Notes under the pieces: model-generated
What the model was told of the DNA's origin: nothing
What the model saw: the letters and a program-made list of their open reading frames with translations, nothing else
Database searches by the model: none
Source: Candidatus Woesearchaeota archaeon
GTDB taxonomy: Archaea; Nanobdellota; Nanobdellia; Nanobdellales; CAZNIQ01
DNA length: 32,000 nt
Reading direction: 5' to 3'
NCBI GenBank assembly: GCA_964573185.1
Contig: CAZNIQ010000004.1
Span: forward strand, 3,679-35,678
Translations under genes and position numbers: made by a program
Part shown: positions 1 to 5,934 of the stretch, piece by piece
How positions within the stretch are numbered: position 1 is the stretch's first letter
Layout: the number at the start of each line of letters is the position of its first letter

Positions 1-70
1 AATGATAGCAGTCATTATAACAGCTTTCGCCTCAGGTTTCTGTGGATTCTACTTTGGTAAAAGAAAATGA
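1..70 (+). CDS. 3' end of an upstream ORF with a hydrophobic C-terminus (MIAVIITAFASGFCGFYFGKRK*), partial at the window edge
   Basis: Frame 2 is open from the window edge to TGA at 68-70. It overlaps the rpoN start through an ATGA motif. No homology was recognised. Confidence 0.3.
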   Translation, partial: MIAVIITAFASGFCGFYFGKRK

Positions 71-264
71 TAATTCCAGTTAGGTGCTTTACTTGTGGAA
101 AACCTATTGGACATCTTTGGGAAAAGTATAAAGAATTATTAAAGCAGGGAAAAAGTCCTAAGGAAGCTTTAGATGAATTAGGATTAGAAAGGCAATGTTG
201 TAGAGCGATATTCTTAACTCATGTAGATTTAATACAGATACTTGCTAAATACAAAAAGCCTTGA
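67..264 (+). CDS. rpoN: DNA-directed RNA polymerase subunit N (Rpb10 homolog)
   Basis: 65 aa. It has the N-terminal motif IPVRCFTCGK and the internal motif LGLERQCCRAIFLTHVDL, the zinc-binding signature of RpoN/Rpb10. Confidence 0.9.
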   Translation: MIIPVRCFTCGKPIGHLWEKYKELLKQGKSPKEALDELGLERQCCRAIFLTHVDLIQILAKYKKP

Positions 265-869
265 TCTTTCAGGTAAAAAAGGTAAAAAACACATATATAA
301 TAGGAGTTGACCATGATTTAATAAATAAAGAAGAATTTTTGAAGAGATACAACATTATAAAAGAAAAATACTACTCTTTTTTTGAAAAACTTGTTAAACA
401 CGATTATATATTTTTTATAGAGGCTAGATTTGATTACTTTGTAAATTTTCTATTAAATAAGGATCCTAGAATGTACGCTTTTGGCACTGCTGGTGCTATT
501 TTGAAATTACTCGTAGAACTGGTGATGGAATTGAACAAGTTAGGAAAAACTGCTTTTATTGTTGCAGATCCCGCCCATGATGTATTAATAGATAAATACC
601 CTTTGCTAAAAGCAATGGTTGAAAGTCCTTCTCTTATATATAAAACAGTGGCGTCTCTTTTAAAAGAAAGATTACCTTTTGACCCCACAATAACAATAGC
701 TCCTGCTCAAACCTCCTTTGATATCTGGCTTTGGTATGGAATTATAAAACATTTTTCCCAAAATGAAAAATATTTGTCTAAATTAAAGAAAATTTTGAAT
801 AAAAAGGTAAGTAGAAGGGGTTTTCTTAAGTTTTTGGGGAAAGCCATTCTTGGTTACAGCATTTACTAG
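261..869 (+). CDS. hypothetical protein with a C-terminal Tat-signal-like SRRGFLK motif
   Basis: 202-aa ORF. Its TTG start overlaps the rpoN stop (TTGA). No family was recognised. Confidence 0.5.
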   Translation: MIFQVKKVKNTYIIGVDHDLINKEEFLKRYNIIKEKYYSFFEKLVKHDYIFFIEARFDYFVNFLLNKDPRMYAFGTAGAILKLLVELVMELNKLGKTAFIVADPAHDVLIDKYPLLKAMVESPSLIYKTVASLLKERLPFDPTITIAPAQTSFDIWLWYGIIKHFSQNEKYLSKLKKILNKKVSRRGFLKFLGKAILGYSIY

Positions 870-884
870 TTCCTAGCTTCTACG

Positions 885-1196
885 TTGTTTATGATATTTC
901 CTCAAACGAACTATATTTCTATTAATGCTACCGACTTTAGGAACGTTATAATTTCAAAAATTGTTCAAAAAATAAAAGGTAAAAAAGTAATTATTAATGG
1001 AGCAGGGCACATACCGGGATTGGAATTCTACTTAAGCCATTCAGTAGCTCTTGAGACAAAATTCGAATTTTATGATGCTCTATCAAAACTTCTGACGAAG
1101 AAAAACCTAGGAGAATTGTGGTACATTTATTATAGATTGGCAAAAATGGGAAATAAGATTTATTTTGCCGCAAAATACGATAAGATTAAGATTTAG
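885..1196 (+). CDS. hypothetical protein
   Basis: 103-aa ORF with a TTG start at 885 and an ATG at 891. The TAG stop overlaps the first base of tRNA-Pro. No family was recognised. Confidence 0.45.
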   Translation: MFMIFPQTNYISINATDFRNVIISKIVQKIKGKKVIINGAGHIPGLEFYLSHSVALETKFEFYDALSKLLTKKNLGELWYIYYRLAKMGNKIYFAAKYDKIKI

Positions 1197-1266
1197 GGGC
1201 CGTAGGCTAGCGGTAGGCTGCCGGGTTCGGGTCCCGGTGACCCGGGTTCGAATCCCGGCGGCCCCA
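1196..1266 (+). tRNA. tRNA-Pro (anticodon CGG)
   Basis: Hand-folded cloverleaf. Acceptor stem GGGGCCG/CGGCCCC. Anticodon stem CCGGG/CCCGG with loop TTCGGGT. T arm CCGGG-TTCGAAT-CCCGG. Discriminator A. No encoded CCA. Confidence 0.9.
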
Positions 1267-1272
1267 TTTGAT
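1233..1272 (+). repeat. attL core (3' part of the functional tRNA-Pro plus 6 nt)
   Basis: CCCGGTGACCCGGGTTCGAATCCCGGCGGCCCCATTTGAT is repeated at 4325-4364 with 2 mismatches (1250 G/A and 1269 T/A). Confidence 0.8.
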
Positions 1273-1411
1273 ATTTACCAGAAAACAACAATTCTTTTAG
1301 TATAGATCGAATTTCATTGTCTTTTAGAAGATCTTTTAACTCTCTCAAAAGTTTAAGCTTTTTCTTAAGATCATGATAAGCTCTTTTAGTTTGAGACATG
1401 ATAATCCCGGG

Positions 1412-1672
1412 CTACTCCATTAGGATACTATAATTAACCTGATACTTTTTCCCATCCCATAAGATGATCCCTTTATGATTTAGTAACTCTAATAGTTCAT
1501 AGACTGTTTCTTTATCTAATCTTAATTCGTACATTAAGACTGCTACTAACTCCTCTATTGTGGGTAGTTCCTTTTGTTTTGCATAATAAAAGGAATAGAA
1601 ATCAATTATAATTGTAAGTGTTTGTTTTAGCAATTTCCTTAGTTCTTCCGGAGGGAATTGTTCTAAAAGCAT
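1412..1672 (-). CDS. small winged-helix DNA-binding protein (element-borne)
   Basis: 86 aa. The pattern ELPTIEELVAVLMYELRLDKETVYELLELLNHKGIILWDGKKYQV fits helix-turn-helix plus a beta-wing. Confidence 0.55.
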   Translation of the reverse strand: MLLEQFPPEELRKLLKQTLTIIIDFYSFYYAKQKELPTIEELVAVLMYELRLDKETVYELLELLNHKGIILWDGKKYQVNYSILME

Positions 1673-1732
1673 CTTTTATATTTGGATATATAATTACTTT
1701 TTGTACTGAACGATACTTTCTTTTATTATAAT

Positions 1733-1860
1733 TATCCATTTTTAGTTTTTTGCAATTTCTTCTTTTCCTCCTCTTCCTGCATTTTCTTTAATTCCTTTAG
1801 TTTTTCTAAAACCCATTGTGGCAAACCAAGTTCTTTTACAAAATCTTCGGGTTTTAGCAT
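1733..1860 (-). CDS. small ORF, 42 aa (MLKPEDFVKELGLPQWVLEKLKELKKMQEEEEKKKLQKTKNG)
   Basis: Hand-translated ATG-to-TAA ORF, below the cutoff of the ORF track. It may be an HTH protein. It runs in the same direction as the wHTH gene. Confidence 0.3.
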
Positions 1861-1955
1861 GATAAAATTGCAAAAGAAAAACAATCTGTTTTTATTTTTC
1901 CAGATCATACTTTTCTGTACATAATTTTATAAAAACCTTAGCTATAAAAAATTAC

Positions 1956-3032
1956 ATGGTACTATACATAGGCTTCTTAAAAGCAGTTTTACAAGATTCT
2001 CTTTCTTTCAAAAAATCTTATACTACAAAAAAATACAAGTTTTATTTGGAAGGAGAAAAGGATAATACATATTATTATAGAACCTATATTTTACCTAAAG
2101 TAAAAGGAAGTGTTGTGTCTTTTCCCATTCTTTTAGGTACTATAAAGCTTAAGAGAATAGAAAAAACAAATATTTTGATTGTAGAGATAAATCCTAAATC
2201 TGGTAGAGAAAAGGAAGATATAAAGAAAGCTTATTCCTCACTTGTAAAAAGTCTGCCAGGTATTTATTATATAAACAGTTATATTATTTTTTCAGAATTT
2301 TTCAAAAGATATTTGAAGGGAATACTTTCAGAGTACAATCTCTATATTCAAAAAATCGATTTTTTATACATTACTAAATACGGTAAAATAGGAGAATACA
2401 AAGGAAAAGAGTACGTGTCAAAATATGGAAGCGTTTTAGATTTAAAAGATATTAATGAACTTTATGAAGATTTAAAAAGAAAGGGTATTGAAAAAATAAT
2501 ACCGTATGTTTTTTCAATAACAGATCGTAAGTTTCCTATAGCAATATTTACTGTAAAAAGAAGCTTGATCGCCGTAACGGATTATGGATTAAGAAAATAT
2601 GAAGAGGTAATTGAACAGATTAAAAATAAGATTATTGAACTGGTTTTAAAAATAGAAAATATATCTAAATATAAAACAGGAAATCGAGTCAATAACAAGT
2701 TTGCAACTTCCAGTACAATAGATATAATTAAAGAAGAATACTATTTTGTTAGAAATTCCTATTTAAGCCTATTAAAAAAAGAAGAATTATTAAAGTTGGA
2801 AGAAGCTATATTGAGCAACCCTATTAGCTACTTCATTGCAGAGGATAAAGAAGGAAGGATTGATATAATATCACTAAGGAAAGAGGGAGATAACGTAGAA
2901 ATATATGTAACGCCATTTGATTTATTTAGAAATACAGTATCACCTGTTATAATAGATAAGTGGGAAGCTCTCAGATATATTACATACTCGGAAAATGATG
3001 ATCTCTTCAGAAATATTCAAAAAATTACTTGA
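1956..3032 (+). CDS. hypothetical protein (element cargo 1)
   Basis: 358-aa ORF with an ATG start. It overlaps the next ORF by 38 nt, which suggests an operon. No motif was recognised. Confidence 0.6.
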   Translation: MVLYIGFLKAVLQDSLSFKKSYTTKKYKFYLEGEKDNTYYYRTYILPKVKGSVVSFPILLGTIKLKRIEKTNILIVEINPKSGREKEDIKKAYSSLVKSLPGIYYINSYIIFSEFFKRYLKGILSEYNLYIQKIDFLYITKYGKIGEYKGKEYVSKYGSVLDLKDINELYEDLKRKGIEKIIPYVFSITDRKFPIAIFTVKRSLIAVTDYGLRKYEEVIEQIKNKIIELVLKIENISKYKTGNRVNNKFATSSTIDIIKEEYYFVRNSYLSLLKKEELLKLEEAILSNPISYFIAEDKEGRIDIISLRKEGDNVEIYVTPFDLFRNTVSPVIIDKWEALRYITYSENDDLFRNIQKIT

Positions 3033-3984
3033 AAATTATAAATACGAAATTATTGATTTTTATTTTTATAATTTAATATTTTTGGGTAGTCTGGCTTCAG
3101 CTATAATTGCAGGAAAATATTATCCTATTGAAATAGAGAAAAATGGAAAATACGATATTTTAGTAGAATTAGATGATAGAACTTTAGATTTTGAAATTAC
3201 AAGAATAATTAGCTCCTCCAACAGAGAGAAGTTAATAGATTATATAAACAAGAAAAAACGCGCTGCAGAAGAGATAAAGGCTACTCCTGTATTAGTAGTA
3301 TTGGTAGAAGAAGGTAACAAGGATCTTTTTGAAATAAAGAAAGTTTTAGATGATTCAAAACTTTCCTACATCATTGCAAAATTTAAAATAGAAAAGGATT
3401 ATGATATATTTATAGATTTTGAAACGTATACAGAAGATCTTATTATTAAAGATATTTTTGAATTTATTAAAAATATTCATAAAAGAGTAACCAAAACTCC
3501 CCCCGATACCCTTAGAGCGCTGTTATTAAAACTTCCCTTTATTCAAGATTTTGAATCAAAGCCAGATTACGAAATTCTAACCTTAGTTTCAATTTTTAAT
3601 CATCTTTATTATGTTATAAAAAGTTTTAGAGATATAAACATAGAGAGATATTTGTATTCCGATTTGCCAAAAGAGTTTGTTGGAATATTAAAAGAACATT
3701 TAATTAATAACCTAAGGAATTTAGATTTAGAAAGAAAGGACATTGAAAATTACATAGAGCTTTTTATTGAAAATTCAAAAATTCGAGAACGAATTGAAAG
3801 AATATTTAAATATCGTCTATATTATAGAATTCGGGATTTTTGTCGGGATCTTAAAAAGTTATCTGAAAATAAAATTAAGAAATGTTTAGAGAAGCTTATA
3901 GAAGTAAAAGAGTGCTACGAAAAAGATGATAATAAAAATAAAAGAAAATACAAAGAGTGTTTAAAGAGGATCCTTGGAATCTAA
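2995..3984 (+). CDS. hypothetical protein (element cargo 2)
   Basis: 329-aa ORF. The N-terminal segment KYDILVELDDRTLDFEITRI weakly resembles a PD-(D/E)xK core, but this is not demonstrable by eye. Confidence 0.6.
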   Translation: MMISSEIFKKLLENYKYEIIDFYFYNLIFLGSLASAIIAGKYYPIEIEKNGKYDILVELDDRTLDFEITRIISSSNREKLIDYINKKKRAAEEIKATPVLVVLVEEGNKDLFEIKKVLDDSKLSYIIAKFKIEKDYDIFIDFETYTEDLIIKDIFEFIKNIHKRVTKTPPDTLRALLLKLPFIQDFESKPDYEILTLVSIFNHLYYVIKSFRDINIERYLYSDLPKEFVGILKEHLINNLRNLDLERKDIENYIELFIENSKIRERIERIFKYRLYYRIRDFCRDLKKLSENKIKKCLEKLIEVKECYEKDDNKNKRKYKECLKRILGI

Positions 3985-4161
3985 AAAATAACTATAATTT
4001 TCCAATAACATCTAAAAATATGTTTTCTATAAAGTTTTATTATTTTACCCACCTTTTCTCTTGCAACCTCCTGAATAACTTACTTTACCTCTCCCTTAGA
4101 GATCTTGATAACTTCTACAAATGCTCATCTTTGCTCTTTACTTTTGAGAATTTAAATGTTA

Positions 4162-4359
4162 TTAAATCTTGTCTATTCTATAGAAGAGATCCTTGATGTG
4201 GCTTTCAGAGAGATTCCGGGTTACCAACCAATAGTAGAATTCATCGAGAAGATCCAAATTTACAGAAACAAATAAATACTGACGAAATATTGAAAAGTTT
4301 GAAATTGTTTGAATGGGCTTGGGACCCGGTGACCCGGGTTCAAATCCCGGCGGCCCCAT
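4162..4359 (-). pseudogene. integrase fragment starting in attR, covering only the SAM-like/core-binding region, with the catalytic domain missing
   Basis: The ORF reads MGPPGFEPGSPGPKPIQ...FRQYLFVSVNLDLLDEFYYWLVTRNLSESHIKDLFYRIDKI*. Downstream to about 3990 only short, stop-interrupted frames remain (TFKFSKVKSKDEHL*, EVIKISKGEVK*, VIQEVAREKVGKIIKLYRKHIF...). Confidence 0.6.
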
Positions 4360-4364
4360 TAGAT
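4313..4364 (+). repeat. attR: a 3' fragment of tRNA-Pro (anticodon loop through discriminator) plus 6 nt
   Basis: The sequence is ATGGG-CTTGGGA-CCCGG-TGAC-CCGGG-TTCAAAT-CCCGG-CGGCCCC-A. It has no acceptor 5' strand and no D arm. The loop carries UGG rather than CGG. Confidence 0.8.
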
Positions 4365-4772
4365 TTTGTTTTCTGTTCTTGTTATAGTAAAATAAATTAA
4401 TGTTAATGCAATATTTGAAACATTACTAACTTATCTTTATAACTTACATCTCCTAATTTTAATACTTCTTCTAATAACGTAATCGCTTATATAATAAATA
4501 TAACTAAAATTTCCATTAGGGTTCGCAGGTGCTTTAATTCACGTAATTTATTATCTCAATATACAATACTTCCATATAGAATTATAAGCGGGATAAAAGA
4601 AAAGAAAATATTTTGGAGAGTTGTATGTATTTTAAAAAAAGATTATGAAGAACGAAACAAACACAAGAACGAAATATATTATCATTGTATAGATAAAAAA
4701 TTTTGCAAATTCTAGTATTATTCCTTTTATTTTTGACTTATCCTTAATAAAGTTTAAAAACATATTATTTTA

Positions 4773-4828
4773 GGCCCGGTACCGCTATCGGGTTGAGACG
4801 TGATACCTGACTTCAAACCGGGCCGACA
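4773..4828 (+). ncRNA. H/ACA box guide sRNA candidate (single hairpin)
   Basis: 7-bp lower stem GGCCCGG/CCGGGCC. Pocket strands TACCGCTAT and ACTTCAAA. 5-bp upper stem CGGGT/ACCTG. K-loop with tandem G.A pairs (GA...GA) and a 5-nt loop. ACA lies 1 nt after the stem, about 16 nt from the top of the pocket. A TATA-like TTAATAAA lies about 26 nt upstream. Confidence 0.6.
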
Positions 4829-4829
4829 A

Positions 4830-5918
4830 TTATGTGTTAATTTTAAATCTTAGTATTCCGCCTATTTTAAAGTTGGAAAATTGTTCTCCTTCTGGCGTTT
4901 TCTTTGAAATAATTTCCACTTTCGTTCCCATTTGTTCTGCAAGTTCTATTAATTCTTTTAATTTTTCTTTATCAAAGTCTTCTGAAACCAATAATACTTC
5001 TACAGCACCCATTTCTAAAGCTTTTTTCGTATCTTCATATCCATAAACGACCATATCGGGATCTTTTGCTAGATAATAGAAAAACTTCTCTAATAATTTC
5101 TTTTCTCTTATCAAGGAAGTTTTTTCTAACACATCCTTAGCTCTTTCAACTAATTCTCTTAATCCGTACTCATCTGAGTATCCGGTGTCAACCACTGCTA
5201 TTATTTTTTGTTTGAGGTAATATGGCAAATAGTCTCCTTCTACAAACTCTTCTTTCAAAGGTCCAGGTCCTCCTACAATTATTCCCCTTAAATTATCTTT
5301 GTATTTGTCAAAATACTCTCTAGCTTTCTCTCCTATATATTTTAACCAATTATGTGTTTCCTGTTCAATTATTCTCTGAAATCTTACAGCAGATTGTCCT
5401 CCTTTATGATGTTTCGACGGAACCCAAGAATCCCTAGATTCTAAAACAATTATATCTTTTCCTTTTAGCAAACCAATAGCCATAGAACCTCTATCTAGGA
5501 CTATCAAACCGTAAACATCTTTATCTTCAAGTAATTTCTTTAGAGGATCTAAAACGAATTTTGAATCACAACGATATAATCTTATTCTTAAGGGTTCTGG
5601 AGGCTCTATAACCCACATTCTTATGTCAGTCTTATCCTTTCCAACATTCCCACAGAATATAATCAATCCCTTGTCTGGAATTTTCTTAAATTTCTTTAGA
5701 TAGTTTATGATTTTTGCTAAAGCTTCTGAAACATGTTGTCTTGTAGTTTTATCCTTTATGTTTTGTGCTGTTGAATATTCATAAGAAAGATGGTCTAAAA
5801 GCTTTGCTAAATCATAGCCAGCTGGGATATAATAACTAATCAATTCAGTACCTCTTCCCTCAATTTTCTCTAATTCTTCTATAAGCATTTTGAGCTTTAA
5901 CTTTTGAACATCATCCAT
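4830..5918 (-). CDS. prf1: peptide chain release factor aRF1
   Basis: 362 aa. It has the GGQ motif (HHKGGQSAVRF), the YxCxxxF motif (LYRCDSKF) and a NIKS-region variant (AQNIKDKTTR). Confidence 0.9.
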   Translation of the reverse strand: MDDVQKLKLKMLIEELEKIEGRGTELISYYIPAGYDLAKLLDHLSYEYSTAQNIKDKTTRQHVSEALAKIINYLKKFKKIPDKGLIIFCGNVGKDKTDIRMWVIEPPEPLRIRLYRCDSKFVLDPLKKLLEDKDVYGLIVLDRGSMAIGLLKGKDIIVLESRDSWVPSKHHKGGQSAVRFQRIIEQETHNWLKYIGEKAREYFDKYKDNLRGIIVGGPGPLKEEFVEGDYLPYYLKQKIIAVVDTGYSDEYGLRELVERAKDVLEKTSLIREKKLLEKFFYYLAKDPDMVVYGYEDTKKALEMGAVEVLLVSEDFDKEKLKELIELAEQMGTKVEIISKKTPEGEQFSNFKIGGILRFKINT

Positions 5919-5934
5919 GTGTAAAAAATAAAAA

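Larger units (their letters stand above)
1193..1399 (-). pseudogene. integrase N-terminal fragment, int(N), ending inside antisense tRNA-Pro
   Basis: The ORF reads MSQTKRAYHDL...GKYQ-MGPPGFEPGSPGP.... Its last 24 codons are the antisense of tRNA-Pro. The MGPPGFEPGSPGP segment is shared in frame with ORF 4162-4359. Confidence 0.65.
1233..4364. mobile_element. cryptic integrated element (about 3.1 kb) in the 3' half of tRNA-Pro, with an SSV-type partitioned integrase
   Basis: The direct repeat 1233-1272 / 4325-4364 matches at 38 of 40 positions. Integrase fragments on the minus strand read through both copies in the same frame. The interior encodes a wHTH protein and ORFs of unknown function. 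Confidence 0.75.

Noticed and set aside
1-66. AATGATAG...CTCAGG at the window start as a degenerate C/D sRNA.
   Set aside because: The boxes deviate from consensus (TGATAG, CTCA). The region is better explained as the 3' end of an upstream ORF that overlaps rpoN.
3957-4196. 79-aa plus-strand ORF at the right end of the element.
   Set aside because: The sequence is low-complexity, starts inside ORF 2995-3984 and overlaps the integrase remnant on the other strand. It is most likely spurious.
4313-4358. The tRNA-Pro(UGG)-like 3' fragment as a functional 3' half of a split tRNA.
   Set aside because: No GC-rich leader precedes it; the upstream sequence is the AT-rich GAAAUUGUUUGAAU. The 5' strand of its anticodon stem is incomplete. 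It forms a direct repeat with the intact tRNA-Pro, and integrase fragments read through both copies in frame. An attachment site explains it better.
4648-4674. A short direct repeat, AAGAACGAAA, present twice (4648-4657 and 4665-4674).
   Set aside because: It is only 10 nt and A-rich, in an AT-rich spacer. The signal is too weak to interpret.
5700-5760. The aRF1 NIKS motif reads NIKD, which could hint at stop-codon reassignment.
   Set aside because: TAA, TAG and TGA all terminate well-supported genes in this window (TGA ends rpoN, TAG ends ORFs 261-869 and 885-1196, and TAA ends many others). There is no sign of recoding.
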